A stretch of DNA of 64,000 bases from Mobula hypostoma (Eukaryota), in contig NC_086097.1 of assembly GCF_963921235.1 (NCBI RefSeq), forward strand, positions 33,730,001 through 33,794,000, read 5' to 3'. The notes under the pieces were generated by a model, which searched no databases, was not told where the DNA came from, and worked only from the letters and a program-made list of their open reading frames with translations. The position numbers and the translations under genes were made by a program. Positions 13,358-25,955 of this stretch are shown here, piece by piece. Every line of letters begins with the position of its first letter. Position 1 is the first letter of the stretch.

Positions 13358-13522
13358 GTAGCAGAAACGATAGGGTCTTTTAAGAGACTCCTGGTAGGTA
13401 CAAGGAGCTTAGAAAAATAGAGGGCTATGGGTAACCCTAGGTAATTTCTAAAGTAAGCACATGTACAGCACAGCATTGTGGGCTGAAGGGCCAGTATTGT
13501 GCTGTAGGTTTTCTATATTTTT
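13358..13522 (+). mobile_element. CR1 3' tail, same family as 12836-13357, opposite orientation
   Basis: gatagggtcttttaagagactcctgg...gtattgtgctgtaggttttctat. Confidence 0.85.
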
Positions 13523-13534
13523 AATAGATCTTAC

Positions 13535-14430
13535 CCAGAGTAGGAATAAAGAGGGCCTTTTCTGGCTGGCTGCCAGTGACTAGCGGTATTCTTCAGGGGT
13601 CAGTATTGGGACCATAAGTTTTCATACTGTTTGTCAATGATTTAGATAATGCAATTGGTTTTGTGGCAATGTTTGTGTATGATTTGAAGGGGAGAAAATT
13701 CAAACATCAGAGGTGCAGAGGGACTTAGGAGTCCTCGTGCAAAACTCCCAGAAGGTTAATTTACTTGTTGAGTCTGTGATAAAGAAGGCAATTGCAATGT
13801 TGTCATTCATTTCAAGGGGAATAGAAAATTAAAGAAAGGAGATAATGCTGAGCCTTTATAAGATACTAGTCAGGCCACACTTGGAGTATTGTCAACAGTT
13901 TTGGGCCCCATATATCAAAAAGGATGTGTTGTCATTGGAGAGGGTCCAGAGGAGGTTCATGTGGATGATTCCAGGAATGAAGGGGTTAACATGTGTGGAG
14001 TGTTTGGCAGTTTTGGGCTTGTACTCACAGGAATTTAGAAGAATGCAGGAGAAGGGGATCTCATTGAAACCTACCGAATGTTGAAAGGTGGATGTGGAGA
14101 GGATGTTTCCTCTGGTGGGAGTGTCCAGAACTAGAGGACACAGCCTCAAAATTGAAGGGTGACCTTTTAGAACAGAGGTAAGGAAGAATTTTTTAGCCAG
14201 AGATTGGTGGATCTGTGGAATGCTCTGCCACAGACTGCAGAGGAGGCCAGGTCTGTAGGTATATTTAACGTGGAAGTTGATAGTTTTCCGATTTGTTAGG
14301 GCATCAAAGGATATGGTGAGAAGACAGGTGTACGGGGTTGATTGGGATCTGGCATCAGCCATGATGGAATGGCGGAGCAGACTCGATGGGCTGAATAGCT
14401 TAATTTGCTCCTATGTCTTATAGTCCTATG
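13535..14430 (+). mobile_element. CR1 3' part with internal deletion
   Basis: LYKILVRPHLEYCQQFWAPY; same tail family as 8295-11220. Confidence 0.88.
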
Positions 14431-14544
14431 CCACACTTAATAATGAAACTGCAGACATAAGGATAAAGGTTTTCTGCTTTGCGTGTGACTGTGGATTTCT
14501 CAATACTGTTATTGTGAAATTGAGAATTTTGACTCTGCTGAATT

Positions 14545-15740
14545 TCAAAGTTTAAAGTAAATTTATTATCAGAGTAGCTGTATATCACTGTATACTACCC
14601 TGAGATTTATTTTCTTAGGGACATTCACGGTAAATACAAAGAAACACAATAGAATCAATGAAAGACCACTCACATCAAAGACTGACAAACAATCAATGTG
14701 CAAAAGTCAACAAGCTGTGCAAATACAAAAATGAAAACTAACAATAATAAAGCAACATGAGTTGTATTGTCTTTAAAAGTGGCTTATAGGTTGTGGAATC
14801 AGTTCAGTTTTGGGGTGAGTGAAGCTTGCCTTCTGCTTCAAGGCCTGATGATTGAGGTGTGGTAACTGTTTCTGAACCTGGTGGTCTGGGACTTGAGGCT
14901 CCCATAACTCCTTCCTGATGGCAGCAGTGAGAAGAGAGCGTGGCCTGGATGGTGGGGGTCTGTGATGATGACAACGGCCTTCTGGTTTGCATAGATGTGC
15001 TCTATAGTGAGGAAGGCTTTACTCATGCTGGACATATCTGCTACTTGGAGTCATAGAAAAGAACAGCACAGAAACAGGCCCTTTGGTCCATCTAGTCTGT
15101 GCCAAATCATTTAAGCTCCTTACTCCCATTGACCCTCACTTTTTGTCAGGTTTTCTGTTCAATGGCATTGCTATTTCCATACCAGGCTGTGATGCAGCCA
15201 GTCAATATACTCTCCTCCACACATCTATAGAAGATAGTCAAAGTTATAGATGTCATGCCGAATTGTGCTTTCTTTTGTAGTTGCATTTGCATGTTGGGCC
15301 CAGGACAAGTCCTCTGAAATGGTAGCACCAAGGAATTTAAAGTTGTTGACCTTCTCCACCTCTGATCCCCCGTGAGGTCTGTTTCATGGAAGTCTGGGTT
15401 CCTCCTCCTGAAGTCAGTAATCAGCTCCTTGGTCTTGCTGACGTTGAGTAAAAGGTTGCTGTTGTGGCATCTACATATGGAAGTTTGTAAAAGTTTTAGA
15501 TATTGTGCTAAATCTGCCCAAAGAAAGCGGAGACGCTGCCCTGCCTCTTTTGTAACAGTGCTTGACTCTGGACAGATCCCCTGAAATGATAACGCCCAGG
15601 CACTTAAACTTGCCGACCCTCTCCACCTCTGATGCCCTCGTGAGCTCTGGCTTGTGGGGCTCCAGGATCCTCTTCACGTAGTCAAAAATTAGCTCTTTGG
15701 TTTTGCTGACACTGAGTGAGAGATTATCGCCAAAGTTCAG
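14545..15740 (-). mobile_element. Rex1/Babar-type LINE 3' fragments (with a small CR1 tail at ~15050-15135)
   Basis: LSLSVSKTKELI.DY, FYRCVEESILTGCITAWYGN, DPHHPGHALFSLLPSGRSY; (TTTGAA)-type tail. Confidence 0.82.
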
Positions 15741-16064
15741 ATGAGTCAATTGTCACAAGATTATAAAATGTTTAGCAGTGAGAAAACTAATTGGAACTTC
15801 ATTTGCCTCAAGTTTGGGGAAGTTGTTGAGCATGAAAGCTAATGGAGCAATGTGCACTCAGTGGTAACTTCTGTTTAAATTCAAGTTTATCATCACTCCA
15901 CTGTGCACGTGCATACAGCTTAACGAACAATTGTTCCTCAGGGACCAAGGGTGCAAAACACAATACATATATCACATACAGCACATAAAATTACATTAAC
16001 ACAATAATATTAACAGGTCAAAAAGTATTTTGTAGATGCACAAGTTGACATAAAGTCCCTATGA

Positions 16065-16560
16065 TACAGGAACACTGTGAAGCCATTGGGTCCAACAAGT
16101 CTGCTCTGCCATTCCATCATGGATGAGTTATTATCCCTCTCAAAACCATTCTTCTGCCTTCTCCCTGTAACCTTCGTTGGCCTGGCGAATCAAGAACTGA
16201 TAACCTCCGCTTTAGATATACTCAGTGACTTGAGCTCCACGGCCGTCGTGGCAATAAACTCCACAGATTCACCACCTGCTGGCTAAAGAAATTCCTCCTC
16301 ATCTCTGTTCTAAGTGGACATCCCTCTATTCTGAGGCTGTGCCATCTGGCCCTAGGCTCGCCCACTATAGGAAGCATCCTCTCCATATCCACCCTATCTA
16401 GGCTTTTCAATCTTCAATAGGTTTCAATGAGATCCCCCCCCCCTTATTTTTTTAAACTCCAATGAGTACAGGCCCAGAGCCATCAAATACTCCTCAAATG
16501 ATAATCCTTTCGTTCCTGGAATCATTCTCATGAGTCTCCTCCAATGTCAGGACATCTGTT
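16065..16560 (-). mobile_element. CR1 3' fragment
   Basis: LDRVDMERMLPIVGEPRARWHSLRIEG..RRNFFSQ. Confidence 0.8.
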
Positions 16561-16575
16561 TCATTTATTGTGCAT

Positions 16576-19215
16576 TGTTACGAACTATAACGTTGTAGAA
16601 ACAAACCAGCAGCAAGAGATCTCACACGGAGTCAGGTTTTAATGTTAAAACCACTATCTTTATTAGTATCTACTTATAATATAGTAACTCAACCAAGATA
16701 AACAAAAGTTAACAGTGTTATGTGTGTAAATCTAACTCCCAACCTATTGAGCTTGGGGAACAAGGTTTAGAGTCCTGAAATGGTAAAGTAGGAAAGTTCA
16801 GTAATCCACGAAATAAATGATGGGAGCGAGATATTTTGTAATCCACATTGTAAAGTTGTTATCATGTTGTAATAAATCCAAAGGGTTTCTGCAGTTATAT
16901 TAATAGCAAAAGGATAGTGAGGGATAAAATTGGTCCCTTAGAGAATCAGAGTGGACGGCTATGTGCGGAGCCAAAAGAGTTGGGGGAGATTTTGAACAAT
17001 TTCTTTTCTTCGGTATTCACTAAGGAGAAGGATATTGAATTGTGTAAGGTAAGGGAAACAAGTAGGGTAGTTATGGAAACTATGATGATTAAAGAAGAGG
17101 AAGTACTGGTGCTTTTAAGGAACATAAAAGTGGATAAGTCTCCGGGTCCTGACAGGATATTCCCTAGGACCTTGAGAGAAGTCAGTGTGGAAATAGCAGG
17201 GGCTCTGATAGAAATATTTCAAATGTCATTAGAAACGGGGATGGTGCCAGAGGATTGGCGTATTGCTCATGTTGTTTCATTGTTTAAAAAGGGTTCTAAG
17301 AGTAAACCTAGCAATTATCGGCCTGTGAGTTTGACGTCAGTGGTGGGTAAATTGTTGGAAAGTATTCTTAGAGATGGTATATATAATTATCTGGATAGAC
17401 AGGGTCTGATTAGGAACAGTCAACATGGATTTGTGCGTGGATTGTCATGTTTGACAAATCTTACTGAATTTTTTGAAGAGGTTACTAGGAAAGTTGACGA
17501 GGGTAAAGTGGTGGATGTTGTCTATATGGACTTCAGTAAGGCCTTTGACAAGGATCCACACGGAAGGTTAGTTAGGAAGGTTCAATCGTTAGGTATTAAT
17601 TTAGTAAAATGGATTCAGCAGTGACTGGATGGGAGACGCCAGAGAGTAGTTGTGGATAACTGTTTGTCAGGTTGGAGGCCGGTGTCTAGTGGTGTGCCTC
17701 AGTAATCTGTACTGGGTCTAATGTTGTTTGTCATATATATTAATGATCTGGATGATGGGATGGTAAACTGGATTAGTAAGTATGCAGATGATACTAAGAT
17801 AGGTGGAGTTGTGGATAATGAAGTGGGTTTTCAAAGCTTGCAGGCAGATTTAGGCCAGTTAGAAGAGTGGGCTGAAAGATGGCAGATGGAGTTTAATGCT
17901 GATAAATGTGAGGTGCTACATTTTTGTAGGACTAATCAAAATAGGACATACATGGTAAATGGTAGGGCATTGAAGAATGCAGTAGAACAGAGGGATCTAG
18001 GAATAATGGTGCATTGTTCCCTGAAGGTGGAATCTCATGTGGATAGGGTGGTGAAGAAAGCTTTTGGTTTGCTAGCCTTTATAAATCAGGGCATTGAGCA
18101 TAGGAGTTGGGATGTAATGTTGAAATTGTACAAGGCATTGGTAAGGACAAATTTGGAGTATTGTGTACAGTTTTGGTCACCGAATTATAGGAAAGATATC
18201 AACAAAATAGAGAGAGTACAGAGAGGATTTACTAGAATGTTACCTGGGTTTCATCTCCTAAGTTACAGAGAAAGGTTGAACAAGTTGTGTCTTTATTCTT
18301 TGCAGCGTAGAAGGTTGAGAAGGGACTTGATAGAGGTATTTAAAATTATGAGGGGGATAGACAGAGTTGATGTGGATAGGCCTTTTCCATTGAAAGTGGT
18401 GGAGATTCAAACAAGAGGATATGAGTTGAGAGTTACGGGGCAAAAGTTTACGGGTAACATGAGGGGGAACTTCTTTACCCAGAGAGTGGTAGCTGTGTGG
18501 AACGAGCTTCCAGCAGAAGTGGTTGAGGCAGGTTCGATGTTGTCATTTAAAGTAAAATTGGATAGCTATATGGACAGGAAAGGAATGGAGGGTTATGGGC
18601 TGAGTGCAGGTCGGTAGAACTAGGTGAGAGTAAGAGTTTGGCATGGACTAGAAGGGCTGAGATGGTCTGTTTCCATGCTGTAATTGTTATATGGTTATAT
18701 GGTTATATGATTAATGGAGAGAGAAAAGGTAAGTATGAAGTATTCCATAGGTTCCCAGCTGGTAAAGCGAGATAACAGTCGCCGTAGATCTTGTCCATCG
18801 TGGTGTTCCAAATCCACATATGAATTATTACGGAAAGTGACCTGTCACAGGCATATCGTCTTCCAGGGGTTACCACACAACATACCCAGGCAAGGGCTAC
18901 ACAAGTGGTCCCAGAAGATATCCCCAAAAATCCATTCCTATGGATTATACGAAGTGACAGTCACAGATTCGTTGTGCACCGTGTGCCGATATTTAACCCA
19001 CCCTTGTGGGCATAGGAAAGTTCCGAGCTTCAGCTGCGACAAGCGGAAGCTATCGGCTTCCCCAGTCTCACTCTACTACGACTGAAGGTCTCTCTCTCTC
19101 TCTGTCCGTGTAAAAATCTGAAGCAAACTCCTTCAGCCTGTGACGTCATAGTCCTGCTTCACTCAGGCGCTTAAAGTGACAGTCCACAGTAAACTGAACC
19201 TGTGGGTTCGTAACA
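16576..19215 (-). mobile_element. Solo LTR (~800 bp net; Gypsy- or ERV-type) interrupted by a CR1
   Basis: Perfect 10-bp inverted termini TGTTACGAAC...GTTCGTAACA; 4-bp TSD GCAT at 16572-16575 and 19216-19219; minus-strand AATAAA at 16659-16664 suggests orientation. Confidence 0.85.
16871..18709 (+). mobile_element. Relatively young 5'-truncated CR1, (TATATGGT)n tail family, inside the solo LTR
   Basis: ORFs 16917..17624 and 17721..18617 (RT; KYADDTK) separated by stop codons; tail ends ~18709. Confidence 0.95.
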
Positions 19216-19589
19216 GCATCATCTTTAATAACCTGGTTAGAATATGTGTTAGATTTACTCTGTGCTCCTGCTTAGAATGGGATGGTTAGTACAAGCGAAT
19301 GAGACCAAATCTGACATGTGCTAACTTTTATTTGGCTACTCAATCAAGATTTCTCATCTGCCCTTATTGAGGGCCTCATTGGCTACTTCCATTGCTAGTA
19401 GTTTTGGGACTGAGTGTCAGATGCATTCCTCTTATCCATCTCAATGTCCCAGGACTGAGCAATGGAGCATGGGGCTAAACTAACGGAAACAGGGAACAGG
19501 AAAAGTGAGAGAAAAGCTTGTACAGCATCTTCATCACCTATTCCTCTCCATTTACTTAACATTATTGGCTTATTGTCTGGCAAATCAGT

Positions 19590-19975
19590 AAATTGGTTTA
19601 TTGTTATCACATGCACTGAGGTAGAGTGAAAAATATGTTTTGCATTGCATTCATGTTATTCATTTCATCACCCCAGTATATTGAGTAGTACAAGGGAAAG
19701 CAATAAGAGAATGCACAATAAATTGTCACAGTTCCAGAGAATGTGCAGTGCAGACAAAGATTAACGTGTAAGACCATGATGAGGTAGATTGTGAGGTCAA
19801 GAGTCTATTTTGTCATACAGTGGTGGAGGTGGGGGTCGAATAGAGTGACGGTAGCTGTCCTTGATCCTCTTGGTGCATGCTTTCAGGTTTTTGTACCTTC
19901 TGCCTGACGGGAGGGGGTAGAAAAGTGAATGTCTAGGTTGGGTGCGGTCATTGATGTTGGCTGTTTAACCAAGGT
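19590..19975 (-). mobile_element. Rex1/Babar-type 3' tail
   Basis: Reverse complement of a tail starting ttggtttattgttatcacatgcactgag; similar to 44425-44945. Confidence 0.6.
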
Positions 19976-20389
19976 AGCAAGGAGAACAGATAGACTAATC
20001 AAGGTCGTCAGGATGAGACTTTCTTCCTCTCCTGCCCCTTGAACACCCATCTCTGGGGACTTTATGACTGGATCCAAGGTATCTCCATTGAGAGCAGGAA
20101 TTCTGTTTGGATGCTGTGGTGAACTACCAAAGAGTGCTGATCAGAGATGTGGATTGAAATGAGCAGAACTAATGGAGAAGACTAAAGGTCGAAGACCTCC
20201 CCAGCTATTTCGCAATCGTTTTAAATTTTGTTGCTCTTTGCATTTCCACATTTATGGGATTTCTTTCCAGCCCTTCCTTACAATTTAACTCTCTAAAAAT
20301 AATGGCAAGTTTATAAAACTCTCAACAGCCTCTTGTTCTAGAATATCTCCCTTCAAATGGAATTAAAGATGTGCATTGAACAGAATAAA

Positions 20390-21515
20390 CTCATAGAGAC
20401 ATAGAATACCACAGCACTGAAGCAGGCTCTTTGGCCCATCTAGTCCATGCTGAATCATTAACCATTGACCTGCACTAGACCATAGCCCTCCATACTCCCA
20501 CCATCCGCTAACCTATCCAAATTTCTTTTAAATGTTGAAATTGAACCCACATCCACCACCTGCACTGGCAGCTTATTCCTCACTCTCATCGCCCTCTGAG
20601 TGAAGAAGTTCCTCTTAAAAATTTCTCCTTTCACTTTTAACCCATGACCTCTAGTTGTAGTCTCAGTGAAAAAAGCCTGATGGCATTTACCCTATCTATA
20701 CCCCTCATAATTTTGTATATCTCTGAGGTAATCTTCCCTTAATCTTCTATGTTCTAGGGAATAAAGGCCTAACTTATTATATCTTTCCCCATAAATCATG
20801 TCCTGAAGTCCTGGCAACCTCTTTGTAGATCTTCTCTACATTTTTTCAATCTTATTTACATCTTTCCTGTCAGCAGGTGGCCAAAACTGCACACAATATT
20901 TCAAATTAAGTCCCTCCAACATTTTATACAATTTCAACATAACCCCTGTACTCAATATATTGAATTATGAAGGTTAATGTGCCAAAAGCTTTCTTTATGA
21001 CTCTATCAGCACCACTTTCAAGGAATTATGGATCAGCATTCCCAGATTCTCCTGTTCTATTGCACTGTAAAAGACCTGCTCCGGTTGGTCCTCCCAAAGT
21101 GCAATGTCTGGCACTTCTCTGCACTAAATTCCATCAGCCATTTTTCAGCTCATTTTTCTAACTGGTCCAGATCCTCCTGCAAGCTTTGATAGTTTTCCTT
21201 GCTGTCCAAAACACCCCCAATTTTAGTGTCATCCACAAATTTACTGACCCAGTTTACCACATTATCATCCAGATCGTTGATATAGATGACAAACAGCAGC
21301 GGACCCAGCACAGGCCTCTAGTCAGAGAGGTAACTACTATCACTCTCTGGCTTCTTCCATGAAGCCAATGTCTAATCCAATTTACAACCTCATCATCTTC
21401 AATGCCGAGTGACTGAACATTCTTGACCAAACCCCTTGCAGGACCTTGTCAAAAGTCTTGCCGAAGTCCATGTAGTCAAGATCCACTGCCTTGCCTTCAT
21501 CATTTTCCTGGTAAC
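20390..21515 (-). mobile_element. Old CR1 3' part
   Basis: Reverse complement includes tacatggacttcggcaagacttttgacaagg (YMDF.K.FDK) and a CR1 tail at ~20400. Confidence 0.82.
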
Positions 21516-21878
21516 GTTAGTCTTTCTCTGTGACATTCAACCCTGCAGTATTTATTTCTGTTTTGAGTCCTCTTAAGTTATTAAGGACACAAATTTATTT
21601 GTAATCAGCCATTCATTCCGTGAAGATCACTTCTGCTTTGAAGGTAGATGTTGCTCAACTTTCCTTCAAAGTAAGTAAAATGTTCAGATCACCAGATTTC
21701 AGAATAGCAGAACCTTTCAGTATGTCACACAACAGTCATACAGAATTGAGTCAACAATAAAAATGAAAATTTAGAACCAGAATCAGCTTTATTATCATTG
21801 ACATATGTCATGACATTTGTTTTGCTGTAGCTGTGCAGTGCAATATTTAAGAATTACTATAAATTATAACAAAAATAT

Positions 21879-22440
21879 ACACGTTGTACCACTTTATTAG
21901 GTCCCTGCTGTACCTAGTAAAGTGGCTATAGAGGTTATGTTCATGCTCTTCTGCTCCTGTAGTCCAAACCACTTCAAGGTTTGGCATATTGTGCATTCAG
22001 AGATGTTCTTCTGCACACCACTTGCGCGGTTATTTGAGTTACTGTCACCTTCTTGTCAGCTTGAAACAGTTTGGCCATTTTCCTCTGATCTCTCTCATTA
22101 GCAAGGCATTTATGCCCACAGAAACGCCGCTTGCTTTTTTTTGCATTTCCCACCATTCTCTGCAAACTCTAGAAACTGTTGTGTGTGAAAGTCTCAGGAG
22201 ATCACCTGTTTCTGAGATACTCAAACCACCCCATCTAACACCAACAGTCATTCCATTGTCTAAGTCATTTAGATTACATTTCTTCCCCATTCTGATGTTT
22301 GGTCTGAACAATACCTGAACCTCTTGACCATGTCTGCATACTTTTATACATTGAATTGCTTCCACAAGATTGGCTGATTATATATTTGCACTAATGAGCA
22401 GGTGTATAGGTGGTCCTCATAAAGAGGCCACAGGGTGTGA
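21879..22440 (-). mobile_element. Tc1-like non-autonomous transposon, near-complete deletion derivative
   Basis: Degenerate TIRs (cactttattagg...cctcataaagaggccacagggtg); ORF 22045..22365 MGKKCNLNDLDNGMTVGVRWGGLSISETGDLLRLSHTTVSRV (Tc1 HTH). Confidence 0.85.
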
Positions 22441-22481
22441 AAAATAAATAAGTATTACAAAAAGTGAATAAATAGTGAGGT

Positions 22482-22935
22482 AACACACACAAAATGCTGG
22501 AGGAACTCAACAGGTCAGGCAGCACCTATGGAAATTTAAAAAAACAGTCAACGATTCAGGCCAAGACCTGAACGAAAGGAAGGGGGAAGATACCAGAATA
22601 AAAAGGTGTGAGCAGTGTCAGGAGGCCAAGCTAGAAGGTGGTAGGTGAAGCAGGTCAGTGGGTGAGGAGAGATGATGTAAGAAGCTGGGAGATGATAGAT
22701 GGAAAAGGCAGAGGGCTGGAGTAAAAGGAATCTGATAGGAGATGAGAGTGGACCATGGGAGAAAGAGAAGGAGGAAGGACACCAGGTGGAGGTGATAGGC
22801 AGGTGAGGAGAAGAGGTAAAAGGCAAGAGTGGGGAATAGGAGAAGAGGAAAGAGCAAAGGGAAAAAACCTACCAGAAGGTGAAATCGATGTTCATGCTAC
22901 CAGGTTGAAGTCTGGCTAGATAGAATATGAGAGGG
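22482..22935 (-). mobile_element. Penelope 3' end fragment
   Basis: acacacaaaatgctggaggaactc... terminus, purine-rich tract, and end of the GIY-YIG region. Confidence 0.75.
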
Positions 22936-23039
22936 TCATTCATGATGGAAGCTACCTTATTGAGGCATAGCCTTTTGAAAATATCCTTGAAAGTCCTTCT
23001 GCTTTGAGGAGGTCATGTCCCTCAATTTTACTCCTGCGT

Positions 23040-23980
23040 ACTTGGAGGAAGTAAATGTTCAGCATCACCGTCTCCTCCACAACCTCAAGGCTGTGTGCTT
23101 AGCCCCCCTGCTCTACTTGCTTTACACTAATGACTGTGTGGCTAAGTACAGCTCCAATGCCATAATTTAGTTTTCTGATGACACCACTGTTGAGGGCCAA
23201 ATCAAAGGTGGTGACAAATCAGCATGTCGATGGGAGATTGAAAATCTGGTTGAATGGTGCCACTACAACCCCTCACTCAGTGTCAGCAAGCTGAAGAGCT
23301 GATTATTAACTGCAGGAGGAGGAAATCGGAGGTCCATGAGCCAGCCCTCATCAGGGGATCAGAGGTGGAGAGAGTCAGCAACTTTAAATTCCTCGGTGTT
23401 ATCATTTCAGAAGATCTGTTCTGGGCCCAGCATGTAACTGTTATTCCAAAGAAGGTATGGTAGCATCTCTACTTTCTTAGATGTTTATGCAGTTTCGACA
23501 TGTCATCTAAAAATCTGTCGAACTTCTATAGATATTTGGGAGAGAGTATACTTTCTGGTTGTATCATGACCTGGTATGGGAACACCAATACCCTCGAATG
23601 GACAAACCTACAGAAAGTAGTGGATATAGCCCAGTCCATCATGGGTAAAGCCCTTCCCACCACCGAGCACATTTACACGGAGTGGTGTCACAGGGTCCCT
23701 ACCAACCAGAGCATGCTCTCTTCTCTCTGCTACCATCAGTGAAGAGGTACAGGAGCCCAAATTCTCACACCACTAGGCTCAGGAACAGTTAATACCCTTC
23801 AACCATCAGATTCCTAAACCAGAGAGGACAACTTCACTCACCTCAACACCGAACAGATCCCACAACCTATGGACTCACTCTTAAGGACTCTACAACTCAT
23901 GTTCTTGATACTTATTGCTTATTTATTTATCATTATTATTATTTTGTTCCCTTTTCCTGTATTTGCACAATTTGTTGACA
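23040..23980 (+). mobile_element. Rex1/Babar-type LINE 3' part
   Basis: EVERVSNFKFLGVIISEDLFW; NFYRYLGESILSGCIMTWYGN. Confidence 0.85.
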
Positions 23981-24049
23981 TTTCCTGAGGAGACATCGGA
24001 TTGTGTAGATGGAGAGAGTGTTAAAAAAAAAGTGAGCGGAGACAGTTGG

Positions 24050-25955
24050 CACCTTTTGTGCACTACAGTTCCTGAGGAAACATTGAATTGTGCATAATTA
24101 GACACTTGGCAAGGGCCAATAAAAAAGAAGTTAAGTGGAGAGGCCATTGTGGGAGTGGGCCAGTGTTAGAGTGGGGAGTTGAGGCTTTGGCTTATTGAGG
24201 CCTCAGCGACGAGAGGTGTAGGTTGCAAGCAGATTTTTTCATCATTTATTCATTCGTTCTTATTTAGAGCAGGGAGATGCCAGGCAGGATAGTGGAATGC
24301 TAAACACAAAATAATTCGCAGATGCTGGGGTCCTCCTGATGGATGTGGGAAGGCAGGGGGATCTCCTGTGTCCCTGTTGACTACACCTGCAAGAGGTGCA
24401 TCCAGCTGCAGCTTCTAACAGATTGTTAAGAAGCTGGAACTGGAACTAGATGAGACAGGGAAGGTGATATAAGTTTGTGTAGAGCAGCACTTTGTACCTA
24501 GTGATCATAATTCTATTAGTTTCAAAGTAATTATGAAGAAGGATAAGTCTGGTCATTGGGGTTAAGATTCTAAATCGAGGCAAATTAGGCTGGATAAATT
24601 CCTAGAGCCTGATGAAGTGTTGCTGTTGGACCTATGGAAGGCTGGTGCAGAAATTGAAGGGGCCCTAGCAGAGATATTTGAAGCACCCTTAGCCACAGGT
24701 GAAGCGCTGGAGGATTGGCGGATAGCTAATGTTGTTCTGTTGCTTAAGACAGGCTGTATGAATAAACCAGGAAATTACAGGCCGGTGATCCTGATGAGAA
24801 GTGGTTGCGGGAGGTAGAGGAAACACTACGGGATTGCTTTGCATCAGTGGACTGGGCTGTGTTCATCTCTGGATCTGAATGAATAGACCACGGTTGTCAC
24901 AGACGTGATAAAAAGAGACATAGATGAGTGTGCCCTCTCAAAATCATTCAGAATATTCCCCCAATCAGAAGCCCAGGATGAACCTTAACATCTGCAATCT
25001 GCTGAGGGCCAGATCAGAGCCATTTGAGTCTGGGGACCAAGAAAGTTACAGGAAATCCAGGTACAATCTCCAGAAAGCCATCTCATGGGCAATGTGGCAA
25101 TTCAGGACTAAACTTGAATCAATGAAGGATGCTCAACAGCTGTGGCAGGGCTTGAATGCTAAGACCGCTTACAAAGTGAAATCAGGCAACAGACAACTTC
25201 TTTCAAGGACTCTTCATCTCATGTTCTTAATACTTATTGCATATTTATTTATTTATTGTTATTATTTCATTTTTTCTGTACCTTCACAGTTTGATGTCTT
25301 TTGCACACCAGTTGGCCACCTTGTTAGCGCAGTCTTTCATCGATTCTATTACGTTTATTGAATTTATTGAGTGTGCCTATAAGAAAATGAATCTCAGGGT
25401 TGTGTACGGTGACATATACAGTATGCACTTTGATATTTACTTTGAACTTTGAATCAGTAGTGGGAAAGTTATTGAAAGGTATTCTAAGGGATTATATATA
25501 TATTTGGATAGACAGGGACTGGTTAGGAATAGTCAACATTGCTTTGTGTGGGTAAGCCGTGTCTAACCAATCTTTTAGAGTTTTTTGAGAAAGTTACCAG
25601 GAAAGCTGATAAAGACAAGGCAGTAGATCTTGTCTTCATGGAGCTCAGCAAGGTCTTTGACAAGGTCCTGCATGGATGTTTCGTCAGGAAGGTCTAGTTG
25701 CTTGGTATTCAAGATGATATAGTAAACTGGTTTAGACATTGACTTGGTGAGAGAAGCCAGAGAGTAGTAGTAGGCAGTTGTCTCTCTGACTTGAGGCCTG
25801 TAACTAGTGGTGTGCTGCAGGGATTGGCATTGGGTGTGTTGTTGTTTGTCAGCTATATCAACGATCTGGATGATAATATGGTAAACTGGATCAACAATTT
25901 TGCAGATGACACCAAGATTGGGGGTGCAGTGGACAGTGAGAAGGACTATCAAAGT
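24050..25955 (+). mobile_element. Heavily deleted CR1 (ORF1 Zn-finger remnant plus RT pieces) interrupted by a Rex-type fragment at ~24797-25452
   Basis: gactacacctgcaagaggtgcatccagctgcag (DYTCKRCIQLQ); EDWRIANVV..KPGNYRPV resumes as tcagtagtgggaaag after 25452; NFADDTK at ~25900. Confidence 0.78.
24797..25452 (+). mobile_element. Rex1/Babar-type internally deleted fragment with (TTTGAAC) tail
   Basis: PNQKPRMN..LLRAR..F.SGD..Y.KSRYNLQKAI joined to tail ...tttgaactttgaa. Confidence 0.75.

Noticed and set aside
13170..13522. Long hairpin that could be a MITE or structured RNA
   Set aside because: Both arms are ordinary CR1 3' tails; better explained as an inversion breakpoint.
16917..18617. 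Possibly active or domesticated reverse transcriptase
   Set aside because: 5'-truncated, lacks endonuclease, and has stop codons between the two ORFs.
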